Source of the DNA: Candidatus Versatilivorator sp.
Lineage (GTDB): Bacteria > Acidobacteriota > Terriglobia > Versatilivoradales > Versatilivoraceae
Assembly (NCBI GenBank): GCA_965207735.1
Contig: OZ242296.1
Location: 2,176,001-2,240,000 of the forward strand
Reading direction: 5' to 3'
DNA length: 64,000 nt
The notes under the pieces are model-generated. The model had not been told where the DNA came from, ran no database searches, and saw only the letters and a program-made list of their open reading frames with translations. The translations under genes and the position numbers were made by a program. Shown here piece by piece: positions 19,648-29,275 of this stretch; positions within the stretch are counted from its first letter, which is position 1; each line of letters begins with the position of its first letter.

Positions 19648-20913
19648 ATGGCCACCCGACGGCGCCCCATTCACACCAGGAGGCAGGTATTGACGGCCGG
19701 GATCCTGGGCCTGGCGGGCATGGAGAAACCTGCTCTCTCCAGCGGCCGGGCGGCCCCGCAGGGTGCTTCCACCGCCAGTCCCGAGCCTGCCCCCCGCTCC
19801 GACGCCTTCCCCGTTCTCCGACCCGGAGCAGCGGCCGAGGTGGGAATGTCGGCGGCCCGCCTCCACCGGATCGCCGACCGCCTGGGGGAGGAAACCTCCG
19901 AGGGCGGTGTCGGATCGGCCTCCATCCTGGTGGCCCGCCACGGCAAGGTGGTTCTCCACCAGGGATTCGGAAAGCTGAACCGGCACCCCGGCGCCCCCGC
20001 CACCCGGCCGGACACCATCTACATAGTGGCCTCCATCAGCAAGCCGGTGAGTGTCTGCGGGCTGATGCTGCTGGTGGAAGAGGGCCGGGTGGCCCTTGCC
20101 GACCGGGTGCAGCGCTACCTGCCCGAGTTTCAAGGCAGGCTCAAGGAAAGGGTCCTGGTCAGCCACCTGCTCTCCCACACCTCCGGCCTGCCCGACATGG
20201 TGCCGGAAAACACCCAACTGCGCCGGGCACATGCGCCGCTGAGCCAATTCGTGGCAGCGGCCCTGCGCACCCCGCTGCTTTTCGAGCCCGGCACCCGGCT
20301 CTCCTACCAGAGCATGGGGACGCTGCTGGCCGCCGAGATCGCCGAGCGGGTCTCGGGCATGCGCCTGAGAGACCTGCTGCGATCCAGGATCTTCCGGCCG
20401 CTGGGCATGCAACGCACCATGCTGGGCCTGGAGGGCCTGAAGGTCGAAGAAACGGCCATCTTCCAGGAAGACCGGGAAAGCGAGGATTCCAGGCGCTGGG
20501 GGCCCAACTCGCCCTACTGGCGTGCCATGGGCCACCCCTGGGGCGGCCTCCACACAACCACCGGCGACCTGGGAGCCCTGCTGCAGACCTTTCTGAACGG
20601 CGGCCGCTACGGAGAGGCGCGGGTCTTCTCGCCGGCCACCGCGGAGGCCATGACCCGGGACCGGAACGGCGACCTGGGAGCTCCCTGGGGATACGGATGG
20701 GCCCTGCGGGACTCTCCGGTGTGGAACTATTTCGGAAACCTGGGAACCGCCGGCACCTTCGGCCACGTGGGCATCAGCGGCACCGTGGCCTGGGCCGACC
20801 CCGGTCGCCAACTGATCTGCGTCCTGCTGAGCACCCGCACAGCCGCCCATCGGGAGGGCTTCCTGCTCAAGAGCCTCTCCAACATGGTGCATGCCGCGGT
20901 TGTTGGGAGATGA
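19648..20913 (+). CDS. Serine hydrolase, beta-lactamase family
   Basis: SISK (SxxK), LLSHTSGL, YQS, FGHVG; twin-Arg-like leader. Confidence 0.88.
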   Translation: MATRRRPIHTRRQVLTAGILGLAGMEKPALSSGRAAPQGASTASPEPAPRSDAFPVLRPGAAAEVGMSAARLHRIADRLGEETSEGGVGSASILVARHGKVVLHQGFGKLNRHPGAPATRPDTIYIVASISKPVSVCGLMLLVEEGRVALADRVQRYLPEFQGRLKERVLVSHLLSHTSGLPDMVPENTQLRRAHAPLSQFVAAALRTPLLFEPGTRLSYQSMGTLLAAEIAERVSGMRLRDLLRSRIFRPLGMQRTMLGLEGLKVEETAIFQEDRESEDSRRWGPNSPYWRAMGHPWGGLHTTTGDLGALLQTFLNGGRYGEARVFSPATAEAMTRDRNGDLGAPWGYGWALRDSPVWNYFGNLGTAGTFGHVGISGTVAWADPGRQLICVLLSTRTAAHREGFLLKSLSNMVHAAVVGR

Positions 20914-22148
20914 ACGCCATGGACCGCAGAAACTTTCTCAAGCTGGCAGGAACCGCGGCAGCGGCTGCCGTTGCGCCCTGGCCGCTGCCGGCAGGGGCCT
21001 CGGCACCCCGGAAGATCGCCGCCCTGGCCACCACCTACCACGTCCGCTCCCACGCCGACAACTTCATCACCCGCTTCCTGGAAGGCTACTGGATCAACGA
21101 CCGCTACTACCCGCCTCCCTGCCAGGTGGCCTCGCTCTACGTGGAGCAGGAGCACCCTGCCGACATCAGCGCCCGCCTGGCCCGAAGCTGGGGAGTGGCC
21201 CGCTACCCGACCATCCGGGAGGCGCTCACCCTGGGCGGAGACACCCTGGCGGTGGACGGAGTGCTGCTGATTGCCGAGCACGGCGACTACCCCACCAACG
21301 TCAGGAACCAGAAGCTCTACCCCCGCTACCGATATATGGAGGAGATCGTGAAGGTCTTCCGCCATTCGGGTCGGGCGGTGCCGGTCTTCAACGACAAGCA
21401 GCTCTCCTACGACTGGGACCAGTCCAGGCAGATGGTCGACTGGTCCAGGGAGCTGGGATTCCCGCTGATGGCGGGCTCCTCGGTATCGGTCACCTTCCGC
21501 CGGCCCGAGCTGGACTTCCCCTTGGAGGCCCCCTTGGAGGAGGCTATGGCGGTGGGCGGGGGCTGGGTGGCCGACGGCGGGCTGTTCCACCTGCTGGAAA
21601 CCCTGCAGTGCTTCGCCGAGCGCCGCAAGGGCGGCGAGACCGGGGTGAAGGCGGTGCAGTTGCTGGCCGACGAGGCCGTGTGGAAGGCGGCGGCCGAAGG
21701 ACGGTTCAACCGGGGCCTGCTGGAAGCCGCCCTTGCACGCGGAGCCAAGGTGACGCCGGGCCCGGCAGAGGAGAAGGCCCGACAGCCGGTGGCCTGCCTG
21801 GTGGAATACAGCGACGGCTTTCGCGGCAGCGCCCTGGCCCTGGGCGGCAAGGCGGCCGAGTACCTGGCCGCCGTCCGCATGGAGGGACGGGCGGAACCCC
21901 GGTCCACCCTCTGCTACATCCCCATCGAGAACTCCAACAACTTCAGTCCGCTGGTGGACTCCATCGGGCGCATGTTCACCCGGGGCACCCTCGACTACCC
22001 GGTCGAGCGAACTCTGCTGACCAGCGGAACCCTCTCCTTTCTGATGGAGTCCTGGCACCGCGGCCAGGTTCGCATCGAGACGCCCATGCTGAACATCGCC
22101 TACCGCGGACCCGAAACCTCCTACTACGCCCGTGGCCGGGGGTCCTGA
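20910..22148 (+). CDS. Tat-exported conserved hypothetical protein (oxidoreductase-like)
   Basis: DRRNFLK signal; VDGVLLIAEHGDYP, FNDKQL, MAGSS; ATGA overlap with upstream gene. Confidence 0.75.
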   Translation: MNAMDRRNFLKLAGTAAAAAVAPWPLPAGASAPRKIAALATTYHVRSHADNFITRFLEGYWINDRYYPPPCQVASLYVEQEHPADISARLARSWGVARYPTIREALTLGGDTLAVDGVLLIAEHGDYPTNVRNQKLYPRYRYMEEIVKVFRHSGRAVPVFNDKQLSYDWDQSRQMVDWSRELGFPLMAGSSVSVTFRRPELDFPLEAPLEEAMAVGGGWVADGGLFHLLETLQCFAERRKGGETGVKAVQLLADEAVWKAAAEGRFNRGLLEAALARGAKVTPGPAEEKARQPVACLVEYSDGFRGSALALGGKAAEYLAAVRMEGRAEPRSTLCYIPIENSNNFSPLVDSIGRMFTRGTLDYPVERTLLTSGTLSFLMESWHRGQVRIETPMLNIAYRGPETSYYARGRGS

Positions 22149-22149
22149 G

Positions 22150-23088
22150 ATGAGAGCGCCGGGAATCTACGCCAACAACACCCGACTCTTCGACCTGGTG
22201 GGGCGCCGCGCCCCCATCCTGAAGGTGGCCGGTGGTTTCGGGCGCTTGAGCGGGCCGCTGTTCAGCCGCATCGGCTACCTGCTGTTCAGCGATACCCACG
22301 GCGGCAGGATCTGCCAGTGGACCATTCCCCCCTGGGAAGAAGAGCCCCTGGGAGGCAGGCTCACCACCTATCGGGTCCGCTCCGGCGAACCCCAGGGGAT
22401 CACCTTCGACCATCAGGGCCGGCTGCTGGTGTGCGAAAGGAATCCCGCCAGAGTGGTTCGCCTGGAAAAGGACGGCAGCACCACCGTGCTGGCTGAAAAC
22501 CACCGCGGCCGGCCCCTGGGAGCACCCGACGACCTGGTCTACAACATCGACGGCAGCATCTTCTTCAGCGCCGCCCCCGCGCCCGATAGCTTCCGAGTCC
22601 GCCCCCCGGGAGACCGGCAGGACGTCACCTCCACGCCCCGGCCGGCCGTCTACCGCATCCCCCGTTCCCAGATCCCCGGCCCCTTGGGGCTGGAACGGGT
22701 CTCCGGGGAATGCAGCCGGCCCACGGGCGTGGCCCTGGGACCCAAACATAACCGGCTCTTCGTAGCCGATGCCGGCCGGCGGAACATCCGAGTCCATCCC
22801 ATCCGGGACGACGGCACCCTGGACGGCGGCCGGATCTTCGCCGAGTTCCCCTCGCAGGACCCCGGAATCCCGGGCGGCCTCAAGACCGACGAACAGGGCC
22901 ACCTCTATGCCTGCGGTCCGGGCGGCCTGTGGGTCTTCTCCCCCGAGGGCGCCCACCTGGGCACCATCGTCACCCCCGAGCCGCCGACCAACTGCGGTTG
23001 GGGCCGAGGTTTCCGGGGGCTCTACCTCACCACCGGGACGTCTCTCTATTACGTGGGAACCAGGGTGTCGGGAAGCCGCACCTATTGA
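22150..23088 (+). CDS. SMP-30/gluconolactonase/LRE family protein
   Basis: LLFSD, GITFDHQGRLLVCE, GLKTDEQGHLY, TNCGWG; several usual metal-ligand positions look substituted. Confidence 0.82.
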   Translation: MRAPGIYANNTRLFDLVGRRAPILKVAGGFGRLSGPLFSRIGYLLFSDTHGGRICQWTIPPWEEEPLGGRLTTYRVRSGEPQGITFDHQGRLLVCERNPARVVRLEKDGSTTVLAENHRGRPLGAPDDLVYNIDGSIFFSAAPAPDSFRVRPPGDRQDVTSTPRPAVYRIPRSQIPGPLGLERVSGECSRPTGVALGPKHNRLFVADAGRRNIRVHPIRDDGTLDGGRIFAEFPSQDPGIPGGLKTDEQGHLYACGPGGLWVFSPEGAHLGTIVTPEPPTNCGWGRGFRGLYLTTGTSLYYVGTRVSGSRTY

Positions 23089-23098
23089 CGGAGGGTAC

Positions 23099-23920
23099 TC
23101 ACTTCCAGTAGAGGCGGGAGGCGTTGCCACCCATGATGGCCCAAATCTCCTCTCCGGAAAGGAAGGGGGCAAGACGCTCCAGCCACTTCACGGCCCTGAG
23201 GTAGCCGGACTTGAGCAGCACGTGGGGAAAATCGCTGCCCCAGATCAGCCGGCCGGGACCGAACTGATCGTAGAGAACCCGCAGCAACTCGGCGCAGTCC
23301 TGGTGGGGATAAGGCTGGCGCGAGCAGTAGTAGGCCCCTGAAACCTTGACCCGGACGTTGGGGAGATCGGCCAGTTGGAGCAGCGGCCGATAGACCGCCG
23401 TCCTGGGGCCGGCTCCCACGGGCGGGTGGGCCATGTGGTCGATGACGATCCGCACATGGGGAAAGCGCCGGGCCAAGGCCGCCGCCGCAGGCAGGTGGGC
23501 GAACCCCGTCAGCAGGTTCACCACCACTCCCAGCCGCCCCGCCGCCTCCCACAGTCCGAAAGTGGAGGAATGGCCGAAGACCTCGCCCTCCCCGGACACC
23601 TCGGGGCGGAGCCTAAGTCCCTTGCACCCTCTCTCCCCGGCCCAGTACTCCAGCCGTTCGGCCGCGTCCGGCTTGCGGGGATCCACCACGCACACTGCCT
23701 TGTAGCGTTCGGGCTCGCCCGCGGCGGCGTCGGCCACGTAGCTGTTGTCCTCTCCCGGATAGAGCGGCTGCACCAGCACCCCCCGGCTCACCCCGTACTC
23801 CTCCATGTACTGGGCGAACAACTCCAGGGGCACGTCGCACTGGGGGCTGACGGTGGTGGCTCCCGGGTTGGGATAGTCGGGCGCCGGTTTCCACACGTGT
23901 AGATGGGCATCCACGATCAT
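23099..23920 (-). CDS. Amidohydrolase_2 family protein
   Basis: DAHLH, IDHMA, VKVSG, WGSDFP. Confidence 0.9.
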   Translation of the reverse strand: MIVDAHLHVWKPAPDYPNPGATTVSPQCDVPLELFAQYMEEYGVSRGVLVQPLYPGEDNSYVADAAAGEPERYKAVCVVDPRKPDAAERLEYWAGERGCKGLRLRPEVSGEGEVFGHSSTFGLWEAAGRLGVVVNLLTGFAHLPAAAALARRFPHVRIVIDHMAHPPVGAGPRTAVYRPLLQLADLPNVRVKVSGAYYCSRQPYPHQDCAELLRVLYDQFGPGRLIWGSDFPHVLLKSGYLRAVKWLERLAPFLSGEEIWAIMGGNASRLYWK

Positions 23921-24089
23921 CGCCGCCTCCGGTTCGATTTACTGAATGGGGAGAACATTCTATGGGAGATCGTTGACGGAGGCAAGAGAGACAAGGTGAA
24001 ATAACCGCATAAAGTTTCACCGCGGCTCAGCCCATCGGCTGGCGCCCGGGGGCGTGCGTGCTGTCGCCGCCTTCGCGGCTCGACACTAA

Positions 24090-25787
24090 CCCGCATTTCT
24101 CACCAGAGGTAGGAAGCATCGGTTCTCGGAATCTGGTAAAATACTCTTGTCTAAGGAGTTAACCAGATTCTTAAAGGAGAACCGATGCCGACACAGTGTA
24201 ACACCAAACCCCTGGAGTTTGAACCCCACGGCCGCCGCCGCGTGGTGGCTGATTTCGACGGCGGTCCCATCACTTCCGATGCCGGCTCCCTGCTGTTGCG
24301 CCGGGTGGATCGGGGCTTATCTCTCTCCGACCAGGTGGCCGACTGTTTCACCGATCACCGCGACCCCAAGCGGACCCAATACAGCCTGCGCACCCTCATC
24401 GCTCAGCGCATCCGTGGCATCGCCCTCGGCTACGAGGATCTCATCGACCACGACCAACTCCGTCACGATCCCCTCATGGCCTTGTTTTCAGAGAAAGGCC
24501 GTCGTGGCGACTCGCCTCCCCTGGCAGGCAAGAGCACCCTCAACCGACTCGAACACGCCCCCACCCAAGGCCCCACCCGCTACCACAAGATTGACCACGA
24601 CCCCGAGGCCTTGCAAGCCCTCCTGGTGAAACTGTTTCTGCAAGCCCATCCCCAACCCCCCGATGAGATCATCCTCGACCTCGACGCCACTGACGATCCC
24701 CTCCACGGGGAACAAGAGGACCGCTTCTTCCACGGCTACTACCGAGGCTACTGCTACCTGCCCCTCTACATCTTCTCGGGCCGCCATCTGCTCTCGGCCC
24801 TGCTCAGACCCGCCAACATCGATGCCTCCGCCGGCGCTCTGGAGCAGGTCCAGCGCATCGTCTCCCGCCTACGGCGTGTCTGGCCTCAGGTCAAGATCCT
24901 GCTGCGGGCCGACTCCGGCTTTGCCCGTGAGGAGCTGATGGGGTGGTGTGAGCAGCATCAGGTCGACTATCTCTTCGGCCTGGCCCGCAACTCCCGCCTC
25001 CAAGACGCCATCGCCCCCGAGTTGGCTCAGGCCCAGGCCCTCTCAGACCAGCAACAGCAGCCCGCCCGGATCTTCACCGACCTCTCCTACCGCACTCACA
25101 AGAGCTGGTCCCACGAGCGCCGCCTGGTCGCCAAAGCCGAGGTCCTGCCCCGCGGCCCCAACCCCCGCTTCGTCGTCACCTCTCTGTCGGTCCAGGACTA
25201 CCCCGCCCAGTTCCTCTATGAGAAGATCTACTGTGCCCGCGGTGAGATGGAAAACCGCATCAAGGAGCAGCAACTCGACCTGTTTGCCGATCGCACCTCC
25301 ACCCACTCCTTCCGGGCGAATCAGCTCCGGCTCCTGATGACCTCTTTCGCCTATGTGCTGGTGGAGGGCTTGCGCCGGCGGGCGCTGCAATCCACCTGCC
25401 TGGCCCGGGCCACCGTCGGTTCCATCAGACTCAAACTGCTCAAGATCGGCGCTCAGGTCACCATCTCGGTCCGTCGCATCAAGGTCGCCATGGCTTCCGG
25501 ATGTCCTTACCAGAGGGAGTTCCGCATCGCTTGGGCTCACCTGCCGCCCTGAGGTGCCCTGACCCGACCGTCACTCCTGGCCCTTGAAGACGCGGCCACC
25601 AGGCCCGATGGCAGAGGTGTCGCTGTTTTCGAGGGAAAATGCCGCCTGAGGTTCCTCGGAGAGCCTCAGAAGCCTCCGCTGTTGGCCTTTGCCTACCGAT
25701 CCAGCCACCAACGTTGTTAAACTCGGCCTCAAATGCCTCCATGGCCCCTTTTACCGCTCCTGTGCGAACTCTGGTGAGAAATGCGGG
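24090..25787 (+). mobile_element. Complete IS1380-family insertion sequence, 1698 bp
   Basis: Perfect IRs CCCGCATTTCTCACCAGAG / CTCTGGTGAGAAATGCGGG; CTAA duplicated at 24086-24089 and 25788-25791. Confidence 0.95.
24185..25552 (+). CDS. IS1380-family DDE transposase
   Basis: FDGGPITSDAG, LDLDATDDPLHG, RADSGF, YCARGEMENRIKE; intact. Confidence 0.96.
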   Translation: MPTQCNTKPLEFEPHGRRRVVADFDGGPITSDAGSLLLRRVDRGLSLSDQVADCFTDHRDPKRTQYSLRTLIAQRIRGIALGYEDLIDHDQLRHDPLMALFSEKGRRGDSPPLAGKSTLNRLEHAPTQGPTRYHKIDHDPEALQALLVKLFLQAHPQPPDEIILDLDATDDPLHGEQEDRFFHGYYRGYCYLPLYIFSGRHLLSALLRPANIDASAGALEQVQRIVSRLRRVWPQVKILLRADSGFAREELMGWCEQHQVDYLFGLARNSRLQDAIAPELAQAQALSDQQQQPARIFTDLSYRTHKSWSHERRLVAKAEVLPRGPNPRFVVTSLSVQDYPAQFLYEKIYCARGEMENRIKEQQLDLFADRTSTHSFRANQLRLLMTSFAYVLVEGLRRRALQSTCLARATVGSIRLKLLKIGAQVTISVRRIKVAMASGCPYQREFRIAWAHLPP

Positions 25788-25850
25788 CTAACGCTACGCT
25801 TTCCATGGGCTTACGCCCACGGCTACCTGCTGCCGCGGCTTCGCCGCTCG
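25788..25850. repeat. Right half of a family D repeat split by IS1380 (left half 24060-24089)
   Basis: Rejoined flanks match the intact D copy at 38185-38272. Confidence 0.85.
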
Positions 25851-25920
25851 GCTCGAAGCCCGGGCCGGCGCCCTGCACCCCCGACGCGACGCTGGCTCTC
25901 ACTTACGAAACGCCGCGTTG

Positions 25921-26778
25921 GCCCCCCTCCGGCGCGGCTTTGGGGCAACGCGTGCCGTTGAAGCAGGTCCGTCTCGCTTTGTGGCTCTGTGAGCACTGCC
26001 GATCGGCTCTTACGGGACGCCGAGTCTGCCCCCCTCCGGATCGACGGCGGGCGGAGCCCTTGTCTCTCCGACTCCCCCTCAAGGGGGGAGTGATACTTGA
26101 GGCTTGCATGGGGCGCCTTGCCCGTTTCCCGGGCGGGGTGTAAACCATGTTCCCGGTCTAAAGTGTAAACGCCGTTCCCGGTTTGTTCCCGTGTATCACT
26201 CCCCCCTTGAGGGGGAGTCGCAGAAGTCGAGCCGAATGGCGAAGGCTGATGCGGTGGGGGGCGGTCGCCGGCGCGGCTTTGGGGCGACGCGTGCCGTTGA
26301 AGCAGGTCCGTCTCGCTTTGTGGCTCTGTGAGTGCCGCTGATCGGCTCTTACGGGACGCCGAGTTTGCCCCCCTCCGGATCGACGGCGGGCGGAGCCCTT
26401 GTCTCTCCGACTCCCCCTCAAGGGGGGAGTGATACTTGAGGCTTGCATGGGGCGCCTTGCCCGTTTCCCGGGCAGGGTGTAAACCATGTTCCCGGTCTAA
26501 AGTGTAAACGCCGTTCCCGGTTTGTTCCCGTGTATCACTCCCCCCTTGAGGGGGAGTCGCAGAAGTCGAGCCGAATGGCGAAGGCTGATGCGGTGGGGGG
26601 CGGTCGCCGGCGCGGCTTTGGGGCAACGCGTGCCGTTGAAGCAGGTCCGTCTCGCTTTGTGGCTCTGTGAGTGCCGCTGATCGGCTCTTACGGGACGCCG
26701 AGTTTGCCCCCCTCCGGATCGACGGCGGGCGGAGCCCTTGTCTCTCCGACTCCCCCTCAAGGGGGGAGTGATACTTGA
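25921..26778 (-). repeat. Tandem array of family A, 339-bp period
   Basis: Near-identical units offset by 339 nt (26104 vs 26443). Confidence 0.95.
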
Positions 26779-26851
26779 GTTTCTTGAAGGACGTTTTGCC
26801 AATTTGGGGAGCAGACGCCCGGAGATAATCAATTGAAAATCCTATACACCG

Positions 26852-27033
26852 GCAGTGTCGTGGGTTACGGGAGAGCCGCGTATGCGGCGGTTGGCGTGGG
26901 TCGTCCGAAGAAACGTCCCCTGCAAGCCATCCTTATAGAGCAGCGTAGCTGCGGCCTCGTGTAGCCCCGGGCGGAAGCCCGGGGGCGCGTGAGTTCTGCG
27001 CCAACCTAGCCGCGTAGGCGGCGAATCAAGAGC
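26852..27033 (-). repeat. Dispersed repeat family E (D-related)
   Basis: Reverse complement aligns with 31587-31766 (CCCGGGGCTACACGAGGCCGCAGCT...CCCACGACACTGC). Confidence 0.8.
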
Positions 27034-27160
27034 CTCCTCCCTGATCGCACGGCCTTCACAGAACGTCGCCAACCACACTTCCGGTTGACGCCCCTCGGGT
27101 GGCTTCCTTAAGATGGGTGGCTTCGCCTTGGCCTGAGACCTGCCGGGGCCGCCTGTTTCC

Positions 27161-29275
27161 ATGCGCATCGGCATCGACATCGGAGGGACCTTCACCGACA
27201 TCGTGTGCGTCACCCGGCAGGGGTCCCTGCTGGTGCGCAAGGTTCCCTCCACCCCCGACGACTACAGCCGGTCGGTGCTGGAATGCCTGCCCGGCCTCTT
27301 CGAGGAGGCGGGGTCGGGACCGAGCCAGGTCCAGGAGGTCATCCACGGGACCACGGTGGCCACCAACGCCCTCCTGCAGGGCAGCGGGGCCCGCACCGCC
27401 CTGATCACCACCGAGGGGTTTCGAGACGTGCTGGAGCTGCGGCGCATCCGCATGCCCGAGCTCTACAACTGGGACTGGGACAAGCCGCCCGACCTGGTCC
27501 CCCGGCGCCTGCGCCGGGAAGTCCGGGAACGGATGGACGCTCAGGGCGCGGTGCTTCACCCCCTGGATTGCCCCCAGGCCGAGCGGGTGATCGACGAGAT
27601 CACCGTCGGCGGCGTCGAGTCCCTGGCCGTCTGCCTGATCAACTCCTACGCCAACCCGGAGCACGAGGAGAAGCTGGCCGTCATGATCCGGCAGAAGCAT
27701 CCCGACCTGCCGCTCAGCCTTTCCAGCCACATCCTGCGGGAGGTGCGGGAGTACGAGCGCACGGCAACCACGGTGGTCAACGCCTACGTGCTTCCCATCG
27801 TGCAGCGCTACGTCCAGTCGCTGCAAGCGGCCTTCGCGCGGCTGGGCATGGGGGCGCCCCTGCTCATCATGCAGTCCAACGGCGGTGTGATGACCGCCGA
27901 GGCCTGCCGGCGGCAACCCGTCTACATCATCGAGTCGGGCCCGGCGGCCGGGGTGATCGCCTCCCAGGAACTGGCCAGGCGCATGAACCTGGACAACGTC
28001 ATCACCTTCGACATGGGGGGCACCACCGCCAAGGCCTCCATCATCGAAGAGGGCGCCCTCCAGATCGCCGCCGAGTACGAGGTGGGGTCCTCGCTCTCCA
28101 GCGTCAGCCGCCTGATCAAGGGAGGCGGGCACCTGATCCGCATTCCGGCCATCGACGTGGCCGAAGTGGGGGCCGGGGGAGGCAGCATCGCCTGGCTGGA
28201 CGCCGGCGGGGCCCTGAACATCGGCCCGCGCAGCGCCGGGTCCTCTCCGGGTCCGGTCTGCTACGACCAGGGGGGGACCGAGGCCACCATCACCGACGCC
28301 AACCTGGTGCTGGGCTACATCAATCCCGAGGGACTGGTGGGCGGCGGCCTGCCCCTCAATCGCCGCAAGGCCGAGCAGGCCCTCTCGGAACAGGTCGCCG
28401 AGCCCCTGGGCCTGGACCTGATCCAGGCGGCCTACGGCGTGCACCTGTTGGCCAACGCCGCCATGATCCGGGCGGTGCGGGCCGTCTCCACCGAGCGTGG
28501 CCGTGACCTGAGGGAGGCGGTCCTGTTCGCCTTCGGCGGCAGCGGCCCCATCCACGCCTGCGGCATGGCGGGCTCCCTGGAAATGACCCGGGCGGTAGTC
28601 CCCCTCCACCCCGGACTCTTCAGCGCTTTCGGGCTGCTGTCGGCCGACATCGAGCACCATCGGGTCCAGACCTGCTACCAGGACTCCCGTACCGCCGACC
28701 TGGAACGCCTCAACCAACTCATGGAGCGCATGCAGTCCGAGGTGACGCGGCTGCTGGAGGAAGAGGGGTTCGCTGCCGGCGAGATCCGCATCCTGCGCAA
28801 AGCCGATCTGCGCTATACCGGCCAGTCCTTCGAGCTGTCCCTGCCCCTTCCCGAGGGCCCCCTGGACGCCGGCGTCATCCGCGGCCTGGAACAGGCCTTC
28901 GACGAGGAGCACCACAAGACCTACGGGCATCGAGCCCGTCCGGGAGAGGCCTATACGCTGGTCAACCTCCGCTTGATCGGCCGGGTGGCTCAGCGGCGCA
29001 GCCTGCTTGGCGACGGCGCCCCGGCTGCCGGCCGCTCCGCCCGCTCCCGCCGCAGAGCCTACTTCGGTCCCGATCAAGGGTGGATGGAGTGCCCGCTGCT
29101 GGCCAGAATCAACCTGAAGAGCTCCCGCCAGGGGCCCCTGCTGATCGACGAGTTCGACACCACCATCGTGGTCCCTCCCGGCTGGCAGGCCCGGGCCGAC
29201 GGCTCCGGCAACCTGTCGCTACGCCTGACCGAACCCTCCAGCGAGGAAAACCGGTCCGGAAAGGTCCTGCCATGA
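27161..29275 (+). CDS. Hydantoinase A/oxoprolinase family subunit
   Basis: GIDIGGTFTD, HGTTVATNA, EYERTATT, SGPAAG, DMGGTT, GAGGGSIA. Confidence 0.93.
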   Translation: MRIGIDIGGTFTDIVCVTRQGSLLVRKVPSTPDDYSRSVLECLPGLFEEAGSGPSQVQEVIHGTTVATNALLQGSGARTALITTEGFRDVLELRRIRMPELYNWDWDKPPDLVPRRLRREVRERMDAQGAVLHPLDCPQAERVIDEITVGGVESLAVCLINSYANPEHEEKLAVMIRQKHPDLPLSLSSHILREVREYERTATTVVNAYVLPIVQRYVQSLQAAFARLGMGAPLLIMQSNGGVMTAEACRRQPVYIIESGPAAGVIASQELARRMNLDNVITFDMGGTTAKASIIEEGALQIAAEYEVGSSLSSVSRLIKGGGHLIRIPAIDVAEVGAGGGSIAWLDAGGALNIGPRSAGSSPGPVCYDQGGTEATITDANLVLGYINPEGLVGGGLPLNRRKAEQALSEQVAEPLGLDLIQAAYGVHLLANAAMIRAVRAVSTERGRDLREAVLFAFGGSGPIHACGMAGSLEMTRAVVPLHPGLFSAFGLLSADIEHHRVQTCYQDSRTADLERLNQLMERMQSEVTRLLEEEGFAAGEIRILRKADLRYTGQSFELSLPLPEGPLDAGVIRGLEQAFDEEHHKTYGHRARPGEAYTLVNLRLIGRVAQRRSLLGDGAPAAGRSARSRRRAYFGPDQGWMECPLLARINLKSSRQGPLLIDEFDTTIVVPPGWQARADGSGNLSLRLTEPSSEENRSGKVLP

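Noticed and set aside
19515-20909. 877-aa ORF N-terminal extension
   Set aside because: It overlaps the serine hydrolase in another frame; the Tat signal marks the real start at 20910/20919.
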